From assembly GCF_006345805.1 (NCBI RefSeq), contig NC_042998.1, positions 60,636,001 through 60,700,000 on the forward strand: a stretch of DNA of 64,000 nucleotides. Reading direction: 5' to 3'. Below, piece after piece: positions 13,761 through 25,578 of this stretch (the stretch's first letter is position 1; each line of letters starts with the position of its first letter). The DNA comes from Octopus sinensis. Its lineage: Eukaryota. The notes under the pieces are model-generated. The model was not told the origin of the DNA and made no database searches. It was given only the letters and a program-made list of their open reading frames with translations. The translations under genes were made by a program, and so were the position numbers.

Positions 13761-14639
13761 ATAATGCTAACTTGGATAACATTGAAAATTTTGTCAAGCT
13801 AACTTTTTTTTTCTTCTTAAAACAGAAAAAAGCATTAAAAGCACAAAAGATCAAATCATCGTGAAAAAAAGAAGAGAACTACCTCTCCGAGGAAACAGAA
13901 ACAGAAAAAAGGTGGGGGAGAGGGTCAGGAAGCAGAAGATTGAGTGGGGAATAACAGGCTGTATGCCGTAGACCCGTGGTTCTCAAGCAGGATCCATATA
14001 AGATTTTAAAATTTATCTGCATTAAATTGGTTATGCTTCAATACACAAAACATTTTAATTTTTTAAAAGACATCTCAACTTTTTTTTTTTCTTTTTTTGT
14101 GAATTTAGATGAAAATTTCTGCTAGCCCCTTGATAATATTTTCACATTTGATTCCCACTTCTAATAATTTTTATATTTTACGTTTAATTACTTCTTTGTA
14201 TAATAGTTCTCACTTGCTTACTAAGTATTGCTTTCATTATTTTATCACTGTCATAATCTCTCTTTTTTGAACAAACATCACGCGAGTCCAACAACAAAGA
14301 GAAGAAGCAGTTTGTCAAATTTTACCTTCCCCTCAAAGCAACATAGAGATTTCAATTCAGCAGCCCTTCTGTAAGCTTTGCAGTGTTTGAGTGAGAGAGT
14401 GGGGGGAGCATGTGGGTAGATAGATTGGTAGGTAGGTAGATATGGCATGTTTATATGGTTATCCAGGGTTTCACGTTCATAAAGCGCTTAGTTTTATAAT
14501 GTCTCGTTAGATCCTAAAGACCTCTCTCTAAAACGAAGGTCGAAAAGGCCCCATGACTAGTTATTGAACACATAGACAAAAGAGAAAGGTCAAGCACAAG
14601 AGAAAAGATCTCTCTTAAACAACTATCTGGAATCCACCC

Positions 14640-15060
14640 AGTCAGCTTGTGGGTTCTAGGATTTTAGCAGGAATCACCTGAAGTGTAATTAGAGTCCGAA
14701 AACTTCCGTCCTGGAATTCAAGATATTCCCCAGGTCGAGGGAGTTCATTACTATCCTCGCCCGTTCCACTAAGTACAACTTACAACACTTGCTCCCGTTG
14801 ATGTAGGGAGCCGGTTTCTCTAGGATCTTCCATGTGATTACATATGGAGTCACTTCAAGTGTCAAGATGTGGCATAACGTCTCTTCGAGATCCTAAACGA
14901 GAATTTGTGATTGGAGAGATACTGCTTGAAGGTCTTTCCAGAACATCTGATGTATTTTTGAATGCTGCTGTTGGCGTTGCTGCTTCTATTGATGTTCATG
15001 TTGATGCTGCTACTTCCACTGTTGTTGGTGCAGGTGCTGGCATTGGGTTGCATATCTTGG
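14640..15060 (-). mobile_element. Penelope-like element GIY-YIG endonuclease fragment (pseudogenised)
   Basis: IQKYIRCSGKTFKQYLSNHKFSFR...RRYATS, then after a frameshift PYINGSKCCKLYLVE...LNSRTEVFG. Confidence 0.8.
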
Positions 15061-15129
15061 ATACCCTAAAGAAGAAATTCCTCACTATCCTCTTTGGTCT
15101 CTACAGAGATCACGCGCTGGCTATCTCTA

Positions 15130-15435
15130 GATGAGCAAGCGGGCACACTTTAGATAGGCTTAGAAAAGATCTGATTAACACTCTAAACTCCATGGTATTA
15201 AAAATTACAATCAAGACCAACCTCGCCACCGCGGACTTCTTAGACGCCACGTTCGTCTTGGGCTCTGGTACATACAGGACCTGCGCAAGTCAAACGAGAG
15301 ACTAGCATATATCAACACAACCTCCTGCCCACCCATCGTGTTCAGAAAGCTGGGGATGGGTATCAGCAAGAGGATCTTGAATAATTTGTCCTTTAGCCAA
15401 GAAATTTCCGACACGGCAGCTCCCTAATGTGATGA
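15130..15435 (+). mobile_element. Penelope-like RT C-terminal fragment, inverted relative to the adjacent GIY-YIG fragment
   Basis: LKITIKTNLATADFLDATF; SNERLAYINTTSCPPIVFRKLGMGISKRI...QEISDTAAP, similar to the PLE motif FLDVTL...YINxxSNHPP. Confidence 0.75.
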
Positions 15436-15674
15436 GGTCCTAGCTGTAATTCCTAATACATATATATATATATATTATGAATTACAATTTCCAATGTATA
15501 AGTATCCTCAATTGTGTTTTTATGTTTTTCATTTCCGTTAACGGTTGTCTTTGAAAAGGATTGCTGCAAGAGTTGGGAAAAAGCACGAACATTCAAAATT
15601 AACACTTTGAATTGTGGTTTGCTTTCATTATGGCTTGTAGAGACGGCATTTCCTGAGAGAATTGTGTAGAACTG

Positions 15675-15676
<2 letters not shown>

Positions 15677-15748
<72 letters not shown>
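15677..15748. repeat. (TA)n microsatellite (representative)
   Basis: Similar tracts at ~13376-13422, 22080-22115, 45515-45633, 49198-49248 and 57486-57570; (CA/TG)n at ~57880-57922, 60088-60120 and 61885-61945. Confidence 0.95.
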
Positions 15749-15750
<2 letters not shown>

Positions 15751-16679
15751 TGAAACTAATCTTATTGATGTTGTTGACGTGGTAGTCTTCATGGAGAGAG
15801 AATGGGTTACAACTGGAATGTGTTTAATAATAAATATATGGATCATGTAAGAACATATGAGTGTGTGTGTGTGTGTGTGTGTAACGGTTAAGTTTTAATT
15901 AGTGTAGTTACCAACTGTAACGGGTAAGATTGATTAGTAAACAATAACATGAAATGTCGGAGTCAGCAGTTGTAACGATAAAAATTTGTTACAATTGCAT
16001 ACTGTAGGATGTGAAAGATGAACAATGCATGGCGTTTTAAGGAAATATTTATTTACCGTTACGTTACAATACCTTGCCTCGACGGGCAGGTTATGATAAA
16101 TCCAAAAGCATGTGAAGTAAATTTTGTGTTTGTGTCCTCTTCATTGTTTAGTAGTAATTACAGAGAGAGATAGAATGGTGTTGTAAGAGAACAGAATTAG
16201 AGCTAGTGAGAGTTGTAGGGTGTTGTCGCACAGTTGCTGACAGTAAACTTCATTTCTGCCTCTGACCATTGTCTTTAGTAGCTGCGTTCCTTGTGATCAT
16301 GATTCTAGCAGTCCGTTCCCTAACTAATTGAGTCGTCATAAGCCGCCTCGCTCAATGGTCGCTAAGTGACTACTTGGTTTTTGCTTGGGGGTTCTTGTTT
16401 TTATTACTAACCAGAAGGATAGACATATCGTTGAGAACAATAGATTTAGCTGGTGGTCTTGTTGGCTCTATTCTTGCTTTTGATGAAGTAGAAGAGGTTA
16501 GAAAGGGTCAAGTGGTGAAGACATTATTTCGACCTAGCTAAGGCAATCTGACAAATGCCAAACTGCTGTCGGAGAAAAACCATTGTTCCACTGTGGGAAA
16601 AGTTCTGTTACAGTGTTAATCTAAATTTGGCTATAGTGAATCGAATCCACTTTATGCTTGCAAGATCCACTACATATAT

Positions 16680-17070
16680 ATGCATGGCTCTGTGGTTAGA
16701 TTGTTGGGCTCACAACCATGGTTCCGGGTTCAGTCCCACTGCGTGGCTCCTTTGGCAAGTGTCTTCTAACTATAGCCTCGGGCCAACTAAAGCCTTGTGA
16801 GTGGATTTGGTAGATGGAAACTGGAAGAAGCCCGTCATATATGTGGGTCTGTATATGTTTGTATATCTGTGTTTGTCCCCGTCAACATCGCTTGACAGCC
16901 GATGCTGGAGCGTTTACATCCCCGTAACATAGCGGTTCAGCAAAAGAGACTGATAGAATAAGTACTAAGCTTACAAAGAATAAGTTCTGGGGTAGATTTG
17001 CTCAACTAAAGCCGGTGTTCCAGCATGGCAGCAGTTAAATGACTGAAACAAGTAAAATAATAAAAGAATA
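16680..17070 (+). mobile_element. tRNA-derived SINE (type A)
   Basis: Colinear with 21915-22268, with a full GTAAAATAATAAAAGAATA tail. Confidence 0.8.
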
Positions 17071-18667
17071 TGCATATGTGTGTATATGCACAGATGTGCG
17101 TCTGAGAATGTTTACATTCTGTGATTGCATGAGTTATGGTCAGTGTTCTCCCTTATTTCACCGTCAACAAATTGTCGTAGCTCTACATTTGAGGTCAGGA
17201 AATCCTTAATCTGGGACACGACATGCTGCGGGGTATTTTAAAACTTAGTTGAACTGATTTATGCTGGTTACAGGTCACTAGTCCCTGACCTAGAATGTAA
17301 ACATTTTAAATATTTTTCTATGCATACAGATGCTCGTATGCAGCCACCGACATTCAATATATATAATTTTTTTTTTGCTGTAAATAAGAAATATGGACAA
17401 TATTGTTCACTTTGACCCAAAAAGAACTCTCTCCTCATCCTCACCCTCCAAGTTATCTTCTATGCAGGACACTTCTTGACCTAATAACATAGAGAAAACC
17501 TTTAGAGAAATGCTCAATCAATTTTCTAGATCTGTCTTTGCTCAATCAATACTTCAGGCTTTCATTGTGGAGAGGTAGGGAGGCAACATTAGTAAAATGA
17601 ATATATATATATATATATATATATAGATAGATATAGACAGATAGATAATATGTGTTCTTCTTGGATGATTGTGAGGTTGAGACAATAAGCAGTTTACATA
17701 GATGTGTGATAGCTCAAGTGTAGCTATAAATCGGCTCAGTTAAAAAGGCTCTTTTTTGTCCATGTAGAAACAGATCTACCAATTGATCCAGTGAAACATA
17801 AGTAACGGATCCTATACTGATGAGGTTTAATAATATCGGAATACGCCCGTAGTTTTACTCTCTTAACCTGCAAAGATTAGATTTTTCCTTTACGTAAACT
17901 AATTTTAGGAAATTATCTTGATTTCTTGAAATCATCTCCCCTTTTCTTTAGCAGCAGCTAACAATTATCCCTTGGTTTTTGTAAAATGAATATTTCAATT
18001 CATTGGGAATTATTAGCTGACATCATTCAATATATTATAACTTATCTAAATTCATGCCGACTGACTAAGGTTATTTCCCTTATCCCAGTTTCTTCTTATT
18101 TCTTTTAGCTTTTTAAAACTTACTCTAATTATTAGTGTCTAAAAATCTTCGCAAGTCTATATGTAAAATTTTATTGCAACTGCTCGAAGAAGTCGACTAT
18201 ACTAATCCTGCAGGAATCTGATGATGTCTAATGAAGCCTAAACATGTCCGTAGCTGTCTTTTTGACTTCTAAGGTTTGTCAATTACTTTTGTTAATTAGA
18301 ATTTCAATTCCTTGTGATTTTTGTTGCTGACGTCATTATATACTTATTAACCGACTTGAGTTAGCTCTCTTTCCTCATTTTTTAACGCGAATTATTTCTA
18401 GCGGAATATCTTACTCTATTTATAGAATTTTCTATCAAATGTTCAAAGTAGATATAGTAGACTGATGAGATCTAAAGAGACCAAAACATGCCTGTTGCCA
18501 TCTCTCTGAACGGCAAATATTTGTAAATTAATTTTTAGTTTTTGAAAATATTTCTCCAATTAAAAATTTTTTTTCATTAGAATTGCTAGACTTTTGTTTT
18601 TATTCTCCAACTAAACTGGAAATTTCTGTTCTTTGCTAAATTTTACGTACTTCACAACATGTAGCTC

Positions 18668-19093
18668 ACTATAGGGATCTTTTCAGTTTGACCGGCAGTT
18701 TTTTAAAATAATTTCCACGTAACTAAACACTTTTAAACTTCGTATACTGGTAGAATGTGTTTATAAAACATCTTTTTCTCTTGGCTTTATTGAGAAAATT
18801 CTATAGTTTGTAAGATATTTGTTGTTTTTTTCTTCAATTTCTATAATTTCAACCAATCGATGACGTCTATTGGGTTGAAAACATTCTGTGCCGTATGAAT
18901 ATGTCCCTCGTTTAAGAAACAGATTGGGTTTATTTACATTTCTGAAGAAAAAAAAGAGACCCTTCCCCCCACCCCTAACCCTAAAACCGATTGAAATGCA
19001 ATAGATCGATACTAGGGTCATAATTATGGGTGACAATTTCACATGACACCGCTAGAAAAACTGCCGTTCAAACCGAAAAGATCCCACTATAGT
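18668..19093. mobile_element. MITE with ~38-bp TIRs
   Basis: ACTATAGGGATCTTTTCAGTTTGACCGGCAGTTTTT vs AAAAACTGCCGTTCAAACCGAAAAGATCCCACTATAGT. Confidence 0.8.
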
Positions 19094-20044
19094 AAATTTC
19101 CTCTTTATGAAAAAGTATTTCTCAGTTACCTGGGCGGGTACAGTCGAGGATGATATAGATCAAAACGGCAATTTTTCATATAGTTATTTCGTTACGGGTT
19201 GTATTTAGGTCGTGGGTGGATTAAGTACAACAGTGAAGCAGAACATATTGACTATGCTTTTCATTGTTTTTAGTAAAGCATTGTACACTAAAAAAAATAA
19301 TCATTATACCGACAGACGGCTGATTCGATAGAGCGCCGAAAATGCTTTGCTGTATTTATTCCGACACTTCAGAGTTCAAATTCCACTAAGGTCAACTTTA
19401 CCTGTTATTCTTCTGAAGTCGATAAAATAAGTACTTGATGAGCACTCAAATCGAAGTCATTGACAAACCTCCTTTCCTCAAACTACTGGCAAAATTTGAA
19501 ACTATTATATTTACTGGAATATGTCTCTTTGTTAGTGACAAAGAACAATCACAACTGATTTCGCATATTGGCCTAATGCCACAAAACTGTAGGTCATAGT
19601 TAAGAAAATTGTTGTTAACAATAAGGATTAATAGCTAAGGCCAACCTCGGCATGATTTGTACTCAAAGTATAGGCGAATGATACGAAAGATAGTCATAGC
19701 TAAACACTACCGTTTCTACTTTCAATTGTATTTCATGTCGATTTCAGCAGCATTTGAACATACAATGTAAAGAGATAGTCTACCATTCTGTCGTTTATAT
19801 CAATATTGCAATAACTAATATCTTTCTCAATAAAAACTCGAAGAGGTAAGCTCTCACGAAGTTCTAACGGCAATTTCGATTCTTGGTTAAAATTATTTCA
19901 CACCTCTAAATCACTTCAAAACTAAAAAAGAAAGAAAAGCGTATATATAGAGGCACTACCTGCTGGAAACAGTAGCCAAATTTCTTTCTTGCCACACCCA
20001 ACCGTTTTACAGAAGATAAGGGCCTATTTGATATTGGATATTGT

Positions 20045-20200
20045 TCAAATTCCGCCGAGGTCGACTTTGCCTTTCATCCTTTCGGGGTCGATTAAATAAG
20101 TACCAGTTACGCACTGGGGTCGATGTAATTGACTTAATCCCTTTGTCTGTCCTTGTTTGTCCCCTCTATGTTTAGCCCCCTGTGGGCAATAAAGAAATAG
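20045..20200 (+). mobile_element. SINE type B 3' part, CpGs intact
   Basis: CCGCCGAGGTCGACTTTGCCTTTCATCCTTTCGGGGTCGAT...GGCAATAAAGAAATA. Confidence 0.8.
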
Positions 20201-21914
20201 ATATTGGATATTGTTACAAAACACGAAATCTTTACAGCTTAAATACTTTTGGTCATAAGTAGTTCTGCTTGATCAAGGCTAAACAGTAACATTATTCTTA
20301 CAATTTCCTTTCCCACTTTGTGTCTATGAAAAAGAAACCTTTTAACTATTAGTTAAATAGATAGATATTAATTTGCTACACCCACTAACAAGGAACTTTA
20401 CACTTCAGCTATCAACACCGTTATACTCTTCAGTCGCTAGAGTCCGATTCGCTATATAAGGAATTTTCTCCAATTATCGATGACTGCTTTCACTTTTTCA
20501 AATGTGATAAATCCTGCTGGTGCATTCATAACTTGTGGTAAAATCATTTTCTCATAATGATAAGATGTTTGTTGATAGATTTCTGTCATGTTATATTGAG
20601 TAAAAAATAGAGATCGAAAAATACAAGACTTTTTTAAAAATATTATTTAAACATCATTCGAATTTTTATAGTTTGGCTATCTTATGAAATTCGTAAAATC
20701 TCATAAAATTCTTGAAATACGAGGAAGAGATGGAGCAGCAATGTTGCCTTAAAAAACCGTATGTAATACAAGTCGTTTTTCAATTTTTGTTTACATATCC
20801 AGTTCGTGTTACATACACTCTTTTATATGAATGTATATTGCTGAAGTGTGTGCCTACTAACGTAAACTGGATATGATGTAAACAAAACATGAGCGACAGG
20901 TGGGATTTGAACTTGTAACATCTTGATTCAGTCCCAACTAGCTGTTTTATTATGTCTATATATATCCCAATCTATACATTTCCCTGTTAAATACAATACG
21001 AAGAAATTTTTCCTTTGTGCAATACTAGTTTAAAACATTAAATTATGTAGCTGTTGCTTTGTAATTTTCTGTGTGTTTTGAATATACGTGATATTGCTTT
21101 ATTTATATGGCGAGCTAAAGTTCGATATGATAACCGTAAGAAGTTATTCTTGCCAAGAAACACTCTTTATACAAGAAACACTCTTTATTTTACCAGCTAT
21201 GTTATAGTGTTTTGATTTGTTTTTGTTTTATTAACCGAAGAATTTGTTATAAATAATATTCCATTTGACAACTTCTATCTATCTATGTGTGGATTGTTTT
21301 ACATGCCTATCGTTCTTTATCTTAAAGTATTTAAAATAGACCTGTTTTGATTGGACACAAAGTTCGTTTTGTCAAAGAGGTGTCGTAATGTGATGAATAT
21401 ATCTTAATTTATCGATCTCTTGAAGTAATCAAAGAAATAGAGCGTAATGTAATTTTAGATCAAAATTAGTGATATACCGGAAAAGACCACACATAAACCT
21501 CTCTTTTGCATAGACACAAGGCCTAAAATTTGGCTAATACTTATTTTATAGATCCCGAAAAGGTGAAAAGCTAAATCGACGTCGGCGAAATTTGAATTCG
21601 GAAAGACAACATAAAATTAATAGATTTTTTAGATACTGTTTTGTATTATATCTATTAATATGAGAGGATTTCTATCTATTGTAAAAATGTTCTTTTTTTT
21701 TTTCTTTAAGAATTTATTGATTGTTGTGAGTAGACTGAGAGAAAACTGGGTATTAGATGCGGTGAGATCCGTCTACCAAAACTTAGCACTGTTCTATGAG
21801 ATTAATAAAAAAATTATCCTTCAAACTCATTAAAAACATCGAATTTAAGAAATATTCTTGCTTTCTCGTACAGGTTATAAATTTTCTTGCTAATATGATT
21901 TTTTTTTGTATATA

Positions 21915-22078
21915 TAGGCGTACGAGTGGCTGTGTGGTAAGTAGCTTGCTTACCAACCACATGGTTCTGGGTTCAGTCCCACAGCGTGGCGCCTTGGGCA
22001 AGTGTCTTCTACTATAGCCTCGGGCCGACCAAAGCCTTGTGAGTGGATTTGGTAGACAGAAACTGAAAGAAGCCCGTC

Positions 22079-22122
<44 letters not shown>

Positions 22123-22268
22123 GTGTGTGTGTTTGTTCCCCCAACATCGCTTGACAACCGATACTGGTGTGTTTGCGTCCCCGTAACTTAGCGGTTCGGC
22201 AAAAGAGACCGATAGAATAAGTACTAGGTTTACAAAGAATAAGTTCTGGGGTTGATTTGCTCGACTAA
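21915..22268 (+). mobile_element. tRNA-derived SINE (type A) with internal (TA)n/(TG)n
   Basis: A-box-like TGGCTGTGTGGT, B-box-like GGTTCAGTCCC, then CCTTGGGCAAGTGTCTTCTACTATAGCC. tRNA-derived SINEs are established in octopus; I cannot assign the named family. Confidence 0.8.
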
Positions 22269-23341
22269 AGGTTCCAGGTTTTACTTCCATACCTAGATTT
22301 TTTTTCAAATTCTGTTACAAATTTTACAGATTCTGCTATGAAAGTGAAATCATCAGCATATAGTAGTTCTCAGGGGCAGCCAGTCTTAAATTCATCTGTT
22401 ATGGCCTGGAGGATGCTGATGAATAGGAGGGCAGTGAGAAACAAGCCCTAGTGAACACCTACTTGTACGCTAAATTTATCACTGTACTCCTATGTCCATA
22501 TTTTTTTTAAATAGATATGCTTTATATAATTGGATGTCCTTCTCATCAATCTTTTCATGTATATAAATGTGTGTATATATATATATATATAGGACACGGA
22601 CACACACATTAAGAGTTTCTGCATACTTTCCATTCATTCACAAGCTACAGTAGAATTGTTCAAGGTACCATGCTGTAGAATAGAACCCAGAACCCATGTA
22701 ATGTGAATCAAACTTGTAACTACACAACACATTATCATCTGAACCTTTGTTAAAAATTATATCATAGCTTGTACCATCAGTTCTCTAGTTTTCAATATAG
22801 GAAGTTTGGAATGCCACTGTGGTAGACAGATTTGTGTCAGCCAGGCATCAAATACAACCAAATGGCAACACAATGAATTTTAATCTATAACAATCAAGAT
22901 CAATCACATATGTCAGAACTGTGCAACAATTCATGAAATCTGCAAACAACTCATTGAAGCAACATGATATGTGCAAGTATTTGTTACTTTGCCAATAACT
23001 GTCAACAAGAAGATAAGTGGTATGACAAACTTTACACAGCCTATTTGTTGGAAAAAGAAATATTGACGCTTTTTAGAATGTGAAATTATCTTTAACAGAT
23101 ATTCTTTTACTTGTTTCAGTCATTTGACTGTGGCCATGCTGGAGCACCACTTTAAAGGTTTTTCAGTCAAAGAAATCGATCCCAGAATTTATTCTTTGTA
23201 AGCCTAGTACTTATTCTATCAATATCTTTTGCCAAACCACTAAGTTATGGGGATGTAAACACACCACCATCAGTTGGCAACTGATGGTGGGGGTGGGGAT
23301 GGCGGGGGAGAAAAACAGAGATATAAAGACACACACATAAA

Positions 23342-23630
23342 TCTATTATATAAAATCCATTCTGTCTGTCTGTGTGAGTGTGTCTTCTAGGATCTCAGGC
23401 ATCGTCCATCCGATTGCGCTCAAATTTGATATGTAGATACCGACGGTATCAGGGCATGTATAAGTTTTGAAAAAATTATGAAAATCAATTTCAGGTGAGA
23501 ATGCGATTGATAAAGCTGTGGGAATGTGCATTTGTACGCGTAAGTACATCAGCTGTTGTGATCGATACTACATGTGCACGAGAAAAATGCACGTGCAGTT
23601 TGTGCAAAAAAAGCCGGCTAGCTTGAAATA
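23342..23630 (+). mobile_element. Helitron-like 5' fragment
   Basis: A|TCTATTATATAAAA start followed by CTGTCTGTCTGT and CCGATTGCGCTCAAATTTG; 3' end not identified. Confidence 0.5.
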
Positions 23631-24249
23631 ATGCCACAAAATGTATATTTAAGAGACCAAAAAAGTAAGATGCAAAAGAGATATTTTCTTTAAACTTGGC
23701 ATGAAGGAAGGAAAGACTATTTGGTTTCTCAAGAAGTTTTTTTTTGCCTTAACTTCGTTTAACAAAACCAAAAATTTTATTGAAATAAAGGCATGCTTAA
23801 TTATTTTTTAATGATAGGAAAACATTTCTTTCCTGCCAAGCTTACTGTTTAAACCATGTTTGTGTTCTCTCAGTCAACAGCCTTATCATTACTGGTAATT
23901 TAAACTCTTTGGTTGCATATTTGTGTGAATAAAATCGTTTTTCTTTGGAATAGAGAAAAAGTCTATCTTTATTTCTTTTGCTGGTGTCTCAAATTTAGGT
24001 TAAGTCAGTGTTTCCCAAAGGGGAGGCCTATGGGATGGTCAGACAAGTTGTTTTGAGAAAATTTGGTTTAAATGTTTGACAACTCAGCACCGGCCATTGG
24101 ATGGGGGGGGGGGGCGTTTTGCTCGTATATACTTGTGTATATATATATATAAACTTACTTGGAGAAAAGTAAGTTATTGTATGACTGAGCGCCCTCGCGT
24201 CGTTTCGTTTCTTTTCTTTTCTCCAAGTAAGTTTTTATATATATAATTA

Positions 24250-24850
24250 TGACGCGAAACTCTGTAACCCTTTTCTTGACCTTTCCTTCCTTCCTGTTTG
24301 TCTTCCTCTTTGCCTGTCTCTCTCCTTCTTATTTTTCACCCTTTCTGGTTTCCTTTCCTCTCTATCCCTCTCTCTCTCTCACTGCCGAGTCGACCAGCTT
24401 CCTTTCGCCCGCAGCCTTCTACAGGTCAACACGTTTTTCTTGCGCTCTGAATTTTTCCATCATCTAGGCTTTAAAAAAGGCCCTCAATGTTGGTTTCCTT
24501 GTCCTGTTTTTATTCTTTATGTGTACTGTATTTTTATTTTATTTTGTATTTGTGTTGCTTTTACGTCTTGTTCTTGTCACATTTTTTTCTTTCCTTGTTT
24601 TTACCCCTCTGCAAAGGAATTTTATTTAATTCTTTTGCAGGAAGGACTGGTTCGACGGGTCGTGTTTTGTCCTTACCTTCGAAACACGCATGGCGTCAAA
24701 CCAGGGACAGCTGATGAAGGGGATATTCCTTGTATTGTTTGTCTTGTACTCTGTTTTTTCGTTGTTAAAAAAAGTCCGTTTCCATGTTTGTTTTTATGTT
24801 TTCGTTTCTCGTTGAGTTCTACGTCTATTTGTGGTGTCCTGTACTCATTT
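24250..24850 (+). mobile_element. Pyrimidine-rich repeat, probable Penelope-like 3'/pLTR segment
   Basis: CT-rich tract, CpG-rich body, hammerhead-like core words and a TA-repeat end. The class call is inference. Confidence 0.45.
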
Positions 24851-24929
24851 ATATATATATGCATGTATATATACATGTAGATGTAGGTACGTACATATAT
24901 GTATGTATGCATATATTTTATTTATTAAG

Positions 24930-24971
<42 letters not shown>

Positions 24972-25578
24972 ATATAATCCACTCAGAAGGCTTTGGTCAA
25001 CCCAAGGTTGTAGTATAAGACACTTGCCCAAGGTGCCACGCAATTGGGCTGATCCTGGAACCATGTGTCTAATAGATTAAATTTTCATCATCATCTTTTC
25101 ACACTTGCTTTTCATGCTGGTATAGGTTGGACAGGTAATTGCTGCATTCCTAGATAGATCAACGGATCACATCTTGCTCATTAGTTTCTTTTTTCAGATT
25201 GATTTCTATAGTTGGATGTCCTTCCTAACACCAGCCACTTTACAGAATATTTTGGATACATTTTGCCCATAGTACGGATTTGTCATGTCTGTGACAAACC
25301 TCTTGACCCCCTCAGTTAAGAAAATGTACTGAATGCAGTTTATCATGGCACTGGCATGAGAGAGGATGGGAGTGAGGGGTAGATAAATACAGAGAGCGAA
25401 TGATAGGTACATCAACTAATTTTGATATGTTTACATATTTGAGAATAGATATAATAATATCTAACATAGCAATAAATGCAATTCCAAGTTTTAAACCATT
25501 ATTATTTTTATTTTGCAGTGAATCATAAAAGCCTGCCTCAGGAAAGTTGTGCAAAAAAATTTTGCTGGAGACAACGCT

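Noticed and set aside
19124-19180. Possible first exon on minus (ATG...CCCAG|GTAACT)
   Set aside because: No downstream exon in compatible phase found; abuts a MITE.
20452-20589. 45-aa minus-strand ORF (MTEIYQQ...NWRKFLI*)
   Set aside because: Short, with no homology I recognise and no supporting exons.
13702-24693. Shared 13-mer GAAACACGCATGG near PHB1 (13702) and upstream of FKRP (24681)
   Set aside because: Many chance 13-mer matches are expected in 64 kb, and the second copy lies in a repeat.
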